From Elusimicrobiota bacterium (GTDB lineage Bacteria; Elusimicrobiota; Elusimicrobia; UBA1565; UBA9628), in the NCBI GenBank assembly GCA_016212855.1, contig JACRDP010000011.1, positions 12,120 to 76,119 of the forward strand: a stretch of DNA of 64,000 nt. The letters run 5' to 3'. The translations under genes and the position numbers were made by a program. The notes beneath the pieces are model-generated. The model ran no database searches. It saw only the letters and a list, made by a program, of their open reading frames with translations, and was not told where the DNA came from. Shown here in pieces: positions 1-9,631 of this stretch. Position 1 is the first letter of the stretch. The number at the start of each line of letters is the position of its first letter.

Positions 1-1235
1 GAGCGCCCGTCGCCGAGCAACTGGGGCGTCTGGTCGCGGTTGTCGCGCCGAGCCGCGTCGCGCACCTTCGGTGACAACGCGTCGAACAGCTCCTTGAGCG
101 TGGCCTTGCCGCCGCGCGCGTTGAGCGCCTTCAGGAGGTGATACGTGAACAGCCCGTGGCCGGAGGTCTCGTCCGAACCGGTCATCTCATCGGACGCGGA
201 GGCGGTCAACGTGCCGGCCCGGCCCACGGCGCCGCCGCCGTCGTCCACCTTGGACACGAGCGGACGCAGCCCCTTGCCGATCACGGAGCGCGCCCCCGAA
301 CCGGAGAAGCACGCGTCCATCGCCACGAGCACGCGCCGGGCCTTGAGCGCGTTGAGCTTCGCGTACAGACGCTTGACCGGGTAGCCCGTCGATTCGGTGA
401 ACTTCGCGTCCGCGTCCCACGGCATCAGGTAGGCGTCGCCTTTTTCGGTGTCGGGCGCGCCGTGGCCAGAGAAGTAGAACAGCACCGTCGATTTTTCGTC
501 GGTGTTGCGCGGCAGCCAGGCGTCGAGATACTTGTCGAGCGCGGACTTTCCGGCCTGCTGGTCGACGAGATAGATGATGTTGCGTTCCGGGTAGCCGGCC
601 GCCAGGAGATGCGCCTTCACGGCGCGGACGTCGCGAACGGCGTGTTCGGCCTTCGCCACGGTCTGATAATTCTCCACGCCGACGACCACGGCGAACTTCG
701 TCTCGTCTTCCGCCAGCTTGAACATCGGAACCTCGACGTCGGACGTGAAGGCCTGAGCCGGCACCTGAACCAAAACGGGCGCGGCGGCCGCCCCGGCGGG
801 AGCGCTCCGGCCGCCGTCCTTCTCGGCCAGAATCCGTTTGTAGAGGTCCGTCTGAGGCGAGAACTCGGTCGCGAGATGAACCGCGACGTCCCGGTACAGA
901 GCGGGATACGACCACTTGCTCGCGGGCCCCGCGGTGAGGGGCTTACGGGTGCGGGCCGAGTACGTCTCGACGCGGCCTTTCGAGGGAGCCAGCCGCACGA
1001 TCACGTCGACCGAACCGGACGCGTCCTCGGACATGAGCGGAACGACGGTGAAACCCGACTGGCTCGCGATCTGGGCGATCCGGTCAGGGTGCCACGGCCG
1101 GTTATTCTCCGCGATCGCGCCGAACCTCAAGGCCGAGGGCTCCCGGACGATGTTCGGCGAGCCGGGGGTCACGCAGCCGGAGAGCGCCGGGAGGGAGGAC
1201 GCGAAAGCCAGCATGAGAAGAACGGGGGATTTCAT
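1..1235 (-). CDS. Caspase-family (peptidase C14) lipoprotein; 3' end lies beyond the window
   Basis: Absent from the ORF track because it runs off the window edge. Hand translation from ATG 1235-1233 gives MKSPVLLMLAFASSLPALSGC (signal peptide plus LSGC lipobox), followed later by the caspase His/Cys dyad contexts TVLFYFSGHGAP and RRVLVAMDACFSGSG. The frame stays open to position 1. Confidence 0.75.
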   Translation of the reverse strand, partial: MKSPVLLMLAFASSLPALSGCVTPGSPNIVREPSALRFGAIAENNRPWHPDRIAQIASQSGFTVVPLMSEDASGSVDVIVRLAPSKGRVETYSARTRKPLTAGPASKWSYPALYRDVAVHLATEFSPQTDLYKRILAEKDGGRSAPAGAAAAPVLVQVPAQAFTSDVEVPMFKLAEDETKFAVVVGVENYQTVAKAEHAVRDVRAVKAHLLAAGYPERNIIYLVDQQAGKSALDKYLDAWLPRNTDEKSTVLFYFSGHGAPDTEKGDAYLMPWDADAKFTESTGYPVKRLYAKLNALKARRVLVAMDACFSGSGARSVIGKGLRPLVSKVDDGGGAVGRAGTLTASASDEMTGSDETSGHGLFTYHLLKALNARGGKATLKELFDALSPKVRDAARRDNRDQTPQLLGDGR

Positions 1236-1241
1236 GGCCTC

Positions 1242-1270
1242 AGTATAGCGGGTGGGTCCGGCCGGCGCAA
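1242..1270 (-). promoter_or_regulatory. Sigma70-like promoter, leaderless type (TTGCGC-17-TATACT, then 6 nt to the ATG)
   Basis: Reverse complement of 1265-1270 is TTGCGC and of 1242-1247 is TATACT. The spacer is 17 nt and the ATG at 1235 follows after 6 nt. No Shine-Dalgarno sequence. Confidence 0.45.
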
Positions 1271-1273
1271 CCG

Positions 1274-2500
<1,227 letters not shown>

Positions 2501-2549
2501 TGAAGAACTTAAGTGTAGCAAAGAGGACCCGTGCTAGAATGTAGGCCTA

Positions 2550-3896
2550 ATGGCCCAGGCAAACGCGCGCCGACGCGTTCATACTGAGTCGGTGACTCGT
2601 CTTCTAATAAGCGCGCTGGCCGCGCTGTCTTTCGCCCTCCCCCTCGGCGCTCAAACCGTCCGCGTGGCGCCGACGTTGCAGACCACGTACGGTCCCGGTT
2701 ATGTTCCCGGGATCACGGGTCCGGGCGCGGCGATCGTTCCCGTCCCCGGCGCGATTCCCTCGCTGACCTTCTCGCCTTCTTTGGTGCCCTCTCTCGTCCT
2801 CGCGCCGCCCGCGCCCGCGGTGAACCCCGAGATCGGCCCGGTCGAGCTGCGCACGGTCGAAGCCCTCATCCCCACCGTGCCCGCCGCCGCGGCTCCGGAC
2901 CTGCCCGGAGGAAATCCCAAGCGCGCGAAGACGCCTTACGCGGCCGCCACGCCCGTCGACGGCTGGGCGAAGCGCTTCAACTTTCAGCCGGGCGAGCAGT
3001 TCTTCGACGGCGGCCGCCCGATCAAGGACCAGACCGGGGCGATGTTCACGGCCGTGCCCAAAGACGGCGGCACGGTCCGCGTCCACATCGTCGAGCGCGC
3101 GCCGCTGGCCGCGCCCAAGGCCGTCCCCGGAACGGAGGGGCTGACCGGAAAAGCTCTTCTCGACGCGCTGTCGGCGATCTCCGCGCGAGGCCACAAGCAG
3201 CACGAATACAAAGAGGCGTCCCAGTTCATCTTCTCCAAGGCCGACCATGTCGTCATCAACGGCGTGAGCGGCGTGGTCGACGCGTACTCGGGTATTTTCG
3301 TGCCAGGCAACGGCAACAGCGGCGGCGACTATCCCGAACCCGGCGATCCCAACGGCGACGGCTTCCCCGACAAAGCCGGGATGAACATCGAGCACACCTG
3401 GCCGCAATCGCTGTTCGGCAAGGCCCTGCCCATGCGCTCCGACGTGCATCACCTGATGGCGACCTTCATGCACCCCAACTCCGTGCGCGGCCACCTGCCG
3501 TTCGGCGTCGTGACCGGCCGCCCTGACTACGAAAACAAGGCCGGCGCCAAGCGCGGCGGCGGCGTGTTCGAACCTCCGGACGCGGTGAAGGGCCGGGTGG
3601 CCCGCGGCCTGCTTTACTATTATTCGCACTACAAGGACTCGCGCGTGTTCGGCCGCACCTCGGTCGTGTTCTGGAACCAGCAGATCGAGCTGCTCATGCA
3701 GTGGAACCGCCAGTTCCCGCCGGACGCCTTCGAGGCGCGGCGCAACGACATGGTCGAGCAGTGGCAGGGTAATCGCAACCCGTTCATCGACGACTACACC
3801 TTGGCCGACCGCGTGGGCAAGGACGCCTTCCGCTACGATATCGCTCCGCGCGGAGCGGACTTCAGGTCTTCCGGCCGCCGCTCCTCCAGACGGTAA
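2550..3896 (+). CDS. Secreted endonuclease I family nuclease with a Pro-rich N-terminal region
   Basis: Signal peptide present. The motifs NIEHTWPQSLF, KGRVARGLLYYY and GNRNPFIDD match my recollection of the endonuclease I (EndA/Vvn, PF04231) signature. An extended -10 TGcTAGAAT lies at 2532-2540. Confidence 0.7.
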   Translation: MAQANARRRVHTESVTRLLISALAALSFALPLGAQTVRVAPTLQTTYGPGYVPGITGPGAAIVPVPGAIPSLTFSPSLVPSLVLAPPAPAVNPEIGPVELRTVEALIPTVPAAAAPDLPGGNPKRAKTPYAAATPVDGWAKRFNFQPGEQFFDGGRPIKDQTGAMFTAVPKDGGTVRVHIVERAPLAAPKAVPGTEGLTGKALLDALSAISARGHKQHEYKEASQFIFSKADHVVINGVSGVVDAYSGIFVPGNGNSGGDYPEPGDPNGDGFPDKAGMNIEHTWPQSLFGKALPMRSDVHHLMATFMHPNSVRGHLPFGVVTGRPDYENKAGAKRGGGVFEPPDAVKGRVARGLLYYYSHYKDSRVFGRTSVVFWNQQIELLMQWNRQFPPDAFEARRNDMVEQWQGNRNPFIDDYTLADRVGKDAFRYDIAPRGADFRSSGRRSSRR

Positions 3897-5043
3897 ACGG
3901 GAGCAGGATCGCGGCCGAGGCCGCGCACGCCGAGCCGAAATAGAAGGGCGCCGACGGCGAGACCTTCGTCCACAGCAGTCCCGCGAACGCGCTCGCCGCG
4001 AACGCCAGAACTCCCGCCGCTCCCTGGAAAACGCCCTGCGCCAGCCCGCGGTTCTCGGGCTCGCTCGCGTCGGCCACGGCCGCCCGAAAGGAGCCTTCGA
4101 TGAGGGCGGCCTGCAGGCCGTACAGCGCGAACAGCGGCCACAGCGCGCCCTCGCTCGCCGCCCGCGCGAAGCCGAGGTAGCACAGCGAGTACACGCCCAT
4201 GCCCGCCGCCACGGTCAGCCGCTTGCCGAAGCGGTCCGCCAGCTTTCCCGCCGACGTCGCGAGAGTCGCGTTGACAAGATTGAAAAGCACATAGGCCATG
4301 ACCACCGCGGAGCTCGTCATCCCGGCGCTGCGTCCTTTAAGAAGGATGAAGGAGTCCGAAGAATTTCCCAGCGCGAACAGGCCGTATACGAACAGGAAAC
4401 GCCAGAATTTCGGCGACAGCGGCTTCGTCGTTCCCGTCTTAAGCGCCGCCGGCGCCGGCGATTCCCGCTCCACTGTTTTCTCGCGCACGAAAACTACGAG
4501 CACGAACACCGCCGCGAACGCGGGCACCCCCGCCAAGGTGAAAATCGCCCGGTAGGAGAGGCCGGCCGAGTTCAGCAGCCACAGCCCGATCAGCGGACCG
4601 GCGACCGCCCCGGCGGTGTCCATCGCGCGGTGCAAGCTGAAGGCCTTGCCCCAATGCTCCTTGCTCGTCGAGGACGCGATGAGCGCGTCGCGCGCGGAGC
4701 CGCGCAGGCCCTTGCCCGCCCGGTCCATCGTGCGCGCGACGAGCAGTCCCGGCCACCCCGCGGCGAGGGCCAAAGCGGGCTTCGCCGCGGCCGACAAGGT
4801 GTAGCCGAAGACGACCGTCGGCTTGCGCGCGCCGGCGCGGTCGCTCCACCAACCGCCCACCGCCCGAAAGACGCTCGCGGTCAGATCGGCCGCGCCGTCC
4901 ACGAACCCGACCGCCGTCGCGGGCGCGCCCATGACGGTCGTCATGTACAAAGGAAGCAGCGGCGCGATCATCTCGCCGGCGACGTCGGCGAAGAAGCTCA
5001 CCACGCCCATCCAGACGACGTTGCGCCCGACTCCGGGGATCAT
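3862..5043 (-). CDS. MFS transporter
   Basis: 393 aa and polytopic, with roughly 12 hydrophobic segments and MFS-like loop motifs (GWWSDRAGARK, GKLADRFGKR). Confidence 0.85.
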   Translation of the reverse strand: MIPGVGRNVVWMGVVSFFADVAGEMIAPLLPLYMTTVMGAPATAVGFVDGAADLTASVFRAVGGWWSDRAGARKPTVVFGYTLSAAAKPALALAAGWPGLLVARTMDRAGKGLRGSARDALIASSTSKEHWGKAFSLHRAMDTAGAVAGPLIGLWLLNSAGLSYRAIFTLAGVPAFAAVFVLVVFVREKTVERESPAPAALKTGTTKPLSPKFWRFLFVYGLFALGNSSDSFILLKGRSAGMTSSAVVMAYVLFNLVNATLATSAGKLADRFGKRLTVAAGMGVYSLCYLGFARAASEGALWPLFALYGLQAALIEGSFRAAVADASEPENRGLAQGVFQGAAGVLAFAASAFAGLLWTKVSPSAPFYFGSACAASAAILLPFTVWRSGGRKT

Positions 5044-5098
5044 TGGAGCATTCTAGTATTGATGTGCTAACATAGGCCGAATTTAAAGGAGCCCGATC

Positions 5099-5872
5099 AT
5101 GAAATTCACCTTGCTCGCCCTCTCGCTCGCCGTCTCCGCGGCCGCCGCCGACGCCCCCAAGGCCGAAGCCCCCAAGGCCGCCGCCGCCAAGCCGGCCGCC
5201 GCTCCCAAGCCCGCGCCCGCGCCGTCCGTGAAGGACGGGTTCAAAAGCGACGACGAGCGCGGGGTGTACACGATCGGCTACCTGATGGGCCGCAACATCG
5301 CGCCCTTCAACCTTACCCCGGCGGAGATCGGCATCGTCTCCAAAGGCATCGCCGATGCCGCCGGAGGCAAGCCCGCCTTGGTCGACATCCGCTTCCACCA
5401 GTCCCGCATCAACGATATGCTCGCCAAGCGCATGGAAGGCGCCGCCGCCAAGGAAAAAGAGAAGGGCAAGGCGTATGTCGACAAGTTCGTCAAAGAGAAT
5501 AAACCTCAGCCGATTCCCGGCGGGGGCTGGTACCTCGAGACGACGGCCGGCACCGGACCCATGCCCGGCAAGACCGACACCGTCAAGGTCCACTACCGCG
5601 GCGTCACCGTCGACGGCCAGCAGTTCGACTCGTCCTACGACCGCGGCACGCCGACGGAGTTCGCGCTCAACGGCGTGATCGCCTGCTGGACGAACGGAAT
5701 CTCGATGATGAAGCAGGGCGGCAAGGCCAAGCTCGTCTGCCCCTCCGACGTCGCCTACGGCGACCCGGGCCGTCCCGGCATCAAGCCCGGCGCCACGCTC
5801 ATCTTCGACACCGAGCTCGTCGAGGTCGTCGCGGCCGCCCCGGCTCCGGTCGAAACGAAGAAGAAAAAGTAG
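5099..5872 (+). CDS. fkpA: FKBP-type peptidyl-prolyl cis-trans isomerase (FkpA/Mip-like), secreted
   Basis: Signal peptide, then the C-terminal FKBP domain VKVHYRGVTVDGQQFDSSYDRG...ATLIFDTELVEV. SD AAGGAG lies upstream. Confidence 0.9.
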   Translation: MKFTLLALSLAVSAAAADAPKAEAPKAAAAKPAAAPKPAPAPSVKDGFKSDDERGVYTIGYLMGRNIAPFNLTPAEIGIVSKGIADAAGGKPALVDIRFHQSRINDMLAKRMEGAAAKEKEKGKAYVDKFVKENKPQPIPGGGWYLETTAGTGPMPGKTDTVKVHYRGVTVDGQQFDSSYDRGTPTEFALNGVIACWTNGISMMKQGGKAKLVCPSDVAYGDPGRPGIKPGATLIFDTELVEVVAAAPAPVETKKKK

Positions 5873-5878
5873 CCCGGG

Positions 5879-6319
5879 TCAGTGCGCCCGGCTGTGCCGG
5901 CGCATGAGGCAGTCGTTCGACACGACGAGCAGTCCCGCTTCGCGCGCCATGCGCTCGCCTTCGTCGTGATAGACGCCGTCCTGCAGCCATAGCGCTTTCG
6001 CCTTCTTGGCGATCGCCTCTAAAATATGGGGCAGGGCTTCCTCGGGACGGCGGAACACGACCACGACGTCCACGGGAAAGGGGATGTCGGCCACGCTCGG
6101 ATAACACGTCTCCCCCAGCAACGTCTTCTGGCCGGGATTGACCGGAACGATCGTGTAGCCCTCTTCCTTTAGATAGGCGGAGACGTAATGGGACGGGCGC
6201 TCGGGCTTGGGGGACAGGCCGACCACAGCAAAGGTTTTCAGCGCGAGAATGCGCGTGACGGCCTCGGAGGAATTCGGTTCGGGAAGGCGGCAGGAGTCGC
6301 CGTCTTTAGGCGGCTTCAA
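5879..6319 (-). CDS. CoA-binding domain protein (YccU/YneT-like)
   Basis: The sequence AVVGLSPKPERPSHYVSAYLKEEGYTIVPVNP is typical of the CoA_binding_2 family. Confidence 0.8.
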   Translation of the reverse strand: MKPPKDGDSCRLPEPNSSEAVTRILALKTFAVVGLSPKPERPSHYVSAYLKEEGYTIVPVNPGQKTLLGETCYPSVADIPFPVDVVVVFRRPEEALPHILEAIAKKAKALWLQDGVYHDEGERMAREAGLLVVSNDCLMRRHSRAH

Positions 6320-6629
6320 CGCCTACGTGAGCCTCGCCCTCGTCGATCTCGACGTGGGCGACGAAGGAGCGGCAGCACACCGTGCAGTCCTGGTCGATCG
6401 AGTTGCCGTCCATATCCGCGATCACGTGCAGTTCGGTGCCCTCGCCGCAATGCGGGCACTCGATGGTGACCCACTGATCCAACCGTTCCGTCGAAGCCTC
6501 GACGCTCTGCTCCTTGAGCACCGTCTCCATGATCTTCTCGGCGGTTTTGTGCTCGGGCGCGTCGTGGTGATTGTCGGCGGCGCCCTTTTTCGCCTTCTTC
6601 ACCTTGGCGGGGGCTTTAGTCTTCGGCAT
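6306..6629 (-). CDS. CPXCG-motif cysteine-rich zinc-ribbon protein with a Lys-rich N-terminal extension
   Basis: IECPHCGEG...DQDCTVCCRSF matches the CPxCG...DCxVCCRP family pattern. The true start may be an internal Met. Confidence 0.65.
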   Translation of the reverse strand: MPKTKAPAKVKKAKKGAADNHHDAPEHKTAEKIMETVLKEQSVEASTERLDQWVTIECPHCGEGTELHVIADMDGNSIDQDCTVCCRSFVAHVEIDEGEAHVGVEAA

Positions 6630-6678
6630 GCTTTCAGTGTAGAGCGTGATCCTTTTTCCGTCAAGACCTATCGCCGGG

Positions 6679-7671
6679 CTACGGCGCGGGCGAGACGACG
6701 ACCGCCACGCGGCGGTTCGCGGCGCGGCCCTCGCCCGTGTCGTTGGGCTTGACGGGCCGGAACTCGCCGAAGCCGGCGGCGGAGAGCCGCGCGGGATCGA
6801 GGCCGGCGTGCTCGTGCAGCCAGCGCGCGACCGAGGTCGCGCGCGCGGCGGTGAGTTCCCAATGTCCGGCGTAGCCGCCGAGCAGGCCTTTCTTGAAAGC
6901 GGAGTTGTCGGAGTTCGCCTGGACGAAAAACGACTTCCCGGAGAGACCTTTCAGAGCCGTGCCGACGCGCGTGAGCAGGGCCTCGCCCTTCTCCCCGAGC
7001 TTGGCCGAGCCTTCCTCGAACAGCGCGGAATCGGACAGCGACAGCGTGAACGTTTCCCCGGACTGATCGACGCGGGCGAGCCCGTTCTGCATGTCCCCGA
7101 GCACGGCGTCCGCGACCGAGCCCATCTCCTCGCGCGTCTTGAGCACGGCCGCCGAGCGGGCCTCCGCGGCGGCCTTGACCGTGGTGTCGGCGCCGGCGAC
7201 CTTCAGGAGAAGCGCTTCGCGTTCCCCTTTCAGCTTGTCGAGCTCGCGCACGGTCTTCTCGCGCGCGGACTGATAGACGGTTTTCAGGCGCTCGAGCGCC
7301 AGCTTCTCCTTGAGCGTGTCGGAGAGCTTCTTGGCGAGCGCGTCCTTTTCGGCGACGACGGCGTTGAGCTTGCCGCCGAGATCGTCCTTGCTGGCGCCGA
7401 TCGCGTCGGACAGGGACCTGTTGGAATTGGACAGGCTCGCGACGCGGGCTTCGGCGGCGTCGGCGCGGCCCGAGACCTCGACTAACCTGGCCTCAAGCTC
7501 CGCCTTGGCGGCCTTGAGCGTCTCCGCCTCCGTGGCGGTTTCCTTGAGCTGGCTGTAAAGGGAGCCCGCCTTGGTCTGAAGCTCGTCGATCTCCTTTTTT
7601 TGCTTTTCGAGCTTGGCGCCGGCGCAGCCGGTGAGAGCGATCAGGACGAGGAGAGGGAGATATCGGTTCAT
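6679..7671 (-). CDS. OmpA/MotB-family lipoprotein with a long coiled-coil region
   Basis: Starts MNRYLPLLVLIALTGC (lipobox). The central region is Ala/Glu/Lys-rich and looks coiled-coil. C-terminal OmpA_C motif: TAARATSVARWL...NRRVAVVV. TATCAT lies 6 nt upstream of the ATG at 7671. Confidence 0.8.
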   Translation of the reverse strand: MNRYLPLLVLIALTGCAGAKLEKQKKEIDELQTKAGSLYSQLKETATEAETLKAAKAELEARLVEVSGRADAAEARVASLSNSNRSLSDAIGASKDDLGGKLNAVVAEKDALAKKLSDTLKEKLALERLKTVYQSAREKTVRELDKLKGEREALLLKVAGADTTVKAAAEARSAAVLKTREEMGSVADAVLGDMQNGLARVDQSGETFTLSLSDSALFEEGSAKLGEKGEALLTRVGTALKGLSGKSFFVQANSDNSAFKKGLLGGYAGHWELTAARATSVARWLHEHAGLDPARLSAAGFGEFRPVKPNDTGEGRAANRRVAVVVSPAP

Positions 7672-7713
7672 GCGGAGATGATAAAACATACTCGCCGTCG
7701 GTAAAAGTCCGTA

Positions 7714-7742
7714 TTGCGCCGGAGAGCGGTTCGGGCTATCCT
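7714..7742 (+). promoter_or_regulatory. Leaderless-type promoter TTGCGC-17-TATCCT, 6 nt before the ATG at 7749
   Basis: TTGCGC at 7714-7719, 17 nt spacer, TATCCT at 7737-7742, ATG at 7749. Confidence 0.45.
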
Positions 7743-7748
7743 TGGCTC

Positions 7749-8009
7749 ATGGATAGCGTGTTGATTTCCCGCGGGCTTCGCGCGTTGGCGGCTCTGTCCG
7801 CCGCTGCGGCGCTGCTGTGGGCGTACACGCGCTATGAAGCCGGCTCGCCGCCGCCGGTGGTCCCCGCCGCCGCGCCCGCCCCGTCCAAGGAGACGGCCCC
7901 GAAAGCAGCCGCGGCCGAACCGGTCCAACCGCCGAAACAACGGTCGGGGCTGAGCGATGAAGGCGAGGCTCTGGGCGGAACCCCGCCCAAACGCGCCGGC
8001 GGACGCTGA
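7749..8009 (+). CDS. Small hypothetical membrane-anchored, Pro/Ala-rich protein (86 aa)
   Basis: Hydrophobic N-terminus (LRALAALSAAAALLWAY). A canonical -35/-10 is placed for a leaderless start. The ORF ends 8 nt before the Omp85-family gene. Confidence 0.4.
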   Translation: MDSVLISRGLRALAALSAAAALLWAYTRYEAGSPPPVVPAAAPAPSKETAPKAAAAEPVQPPKQRSGLSDEGEALGGTPPKRAGGR

Positions 8010-8017
8010 AGCTCATC

Positions 8018-9571
8018 ATGGGTCATTCGATTCTGCTGCTCGGACTGCTCGCCGCGCCTCTGGCCGCGGCGCCGCCGAGGCGGCCGCGGCTTCCGTCCGG
8101 GCCCGTCATCGCCTCGATCACGATCGAAACGCACAACATCTTCGACACGGACTTCCCGCCCGAGAACAAGCTGCTCTACCGCCTGGCCAATCGCGCCCAT
8201 ATCAAGACCTTCGACTCCGTCATCGAGCGCGAGCTGCTCTTCAGGGTCGGCGACCGTTACGACCCGGCCCTCACGGAGGAGAGCGAGCGCCTGCTCCGCA
8301 GCCTGGGCTTCATCCGGCGAGCCGAAATTTCGGCGACGGTCAACAAGTCGGGCGCCATGGACGTGCTCGTGAAAACCTACGACGCGTGGAGCCTCGAGGT
8401 CGTGGCGAACTTCAAACGCGCCGGCGGCGCCAACAACATCAAGGCGGGCCTCGCCGAGCACAACATACTGGGCCAGGGAAAGTCCGGCTCCGCCGTCTAC
8501 AGCCGGGACGGGGGCGCGGAGTCGAAGACCTTCAGCTACAAGGACGTGCAGTTCCTCCACTACAAGCGCCTGCAGTACTCGATGGTCGCGCTCACCGCTC
8601 CGGGCAGTCAGAATTACTCCCTCTCCCTGAACCGCCCGTTCTACGCCTCGATCGCGAAGCACGCCGCCGGCGCCGCCGTCAGCTACGCCTCGAGCGCGCG
8701 GGGCGGCGGCGTCTCCCGCCGTACGGGAGAGGCCGAGGTCAGCTACGGCATCGCCGTCGCGACCTCCACGGAGCGCGCACGGCGCGTCAACTTCGGCCTG
8801 CTGACCCATCGCGCCGTGTCCAACGGCCCCGTGCCCGACCTCGAGCAGTTGACCTTCCTGAAGCTCGGCGGGGAATGGGAAGAGCTGGACTTCATCACCG
8901 CGCGACGCATCCAAAATTTCACGCGCGACGAAGACTTCAACCTCGGCTTCGGGATCGTCCCCGCCGTGGCCTGGTCGCCGAAGCTGAACGCGCTCGACAC
9001 CACGCAGTCGCAGATCATCCCCAGCGTCTCCGCGCACAAGGGCTTCACCTGGGCGAGCCAGCTCCTGCTCCTGAAATCCGGCTACAAGTCCAAGTACGTC
9101 AACGGCGCCAACGGCAACCGCGTCGCATCTTTCGACTCGACGTATTACGCGCGCGGCGTCAAATACCAGACCTTCGCCCTTCACGCCGGCCTGGACCTCG
9201 GCTGGCGGCTCGACGCCGACAATCAACTGGGCTTGGGCGAGCTCAACGGCCTGCGCGGCTACGGCCTGAGCGAGTTCACGGGCGACCGGCGCTTTCTCTT
9301 CAACATCGAGGACCGGCTCTACGTCTACGACGACCTTTTCCGGATTCTCGACGTCGGCGCGGTCGTCTTCTACGACTCCGGCAACGTGTGGCAAGCGAAT
9401 CGCTCGATGAAGTTCGGCGACCTCAAGAACTCCGTGGGCTTCGGCCTGCGCGCGGCCCCTTCGCGCTCGGGCAGCAACAGCCCCGTGCGCATCGACCTGG
9501 CGTTCCCCCTCCGTCGACAGGCCGGCGGCGCGCGCTGGTCGCTGTCCATCCTCGCGGGCCAGGCGTTTTAA
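8018..9571 (+). CDS. Omp85 (BamA/TamA) family outer-membrane protein with a single POTRA-like domain
   Basis: Signal peptide, a POTRA-like segment (IASITIETHNIFD...LLFRVGDRYD...LRSLGFIRRAEI), a beta-barrel-like alternating pattern, and a C-terminal aromatic residue (...ILAGQAF). Confidence 0.7.
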   Translation: MGHSILLLGLLAAPLAAAPPRRPRLPSGPVIASITIETHNIFDTDFPPENKLLYRLANRAHIKTFDSVIERELLFRVGDRYDPALTEESERLLRSLGFIRRAEISATVNKSGAMDVLVKTYDAWSLEVVANFKRAGGANNIKAGLAEHNILGQGKSGSAVYSRDGGAESKTFSYKDVQFLHYKRLQYSMVALTAPGSQNYSLSLNRPFYASIAKHAAGAAVSYASSARGGGVSRRTGEAEVSYGIAVATSTERARRVNFGLLTHRAVSNGPVPDLEQLTFLKLGGEWEELDFITARRIQNFTRDEDFNLGFGIVPAVAWSPKLNALDTTQSQIIPSVSAHKGFTWASQLLLLKSGYKSKYVNGANGNRVASFDSTYYARGVKYQTFALHAGLDLGWRLDADNQLGLGELNGLRGYGLSEFTGDRRFLFNIEDRLYVYDDLFRILDVGAVVFYDSGNVWQANRSMKFGDLKNSVGFGLRAAPSRSGSNSPVRIDLAFPLRRQAGGARWSLSILAGQAF

Positions 9572-9631
9572 CCGCGCGCGGGGCGAAATGATAAGATGAA
9601 CGGAGCGTCGTCATATAAGGAGCGCTCCCTC

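Noticed and set aside
7832-9394. 520-aa ORF antisense to the Omp85-family gene
   Set aside because: This is a typical stop-free antisense frame in high-GC DNA. It has low-complexity Arg/Ala/Gly/Asp composition, no recognisable domain and no promoter or SD.
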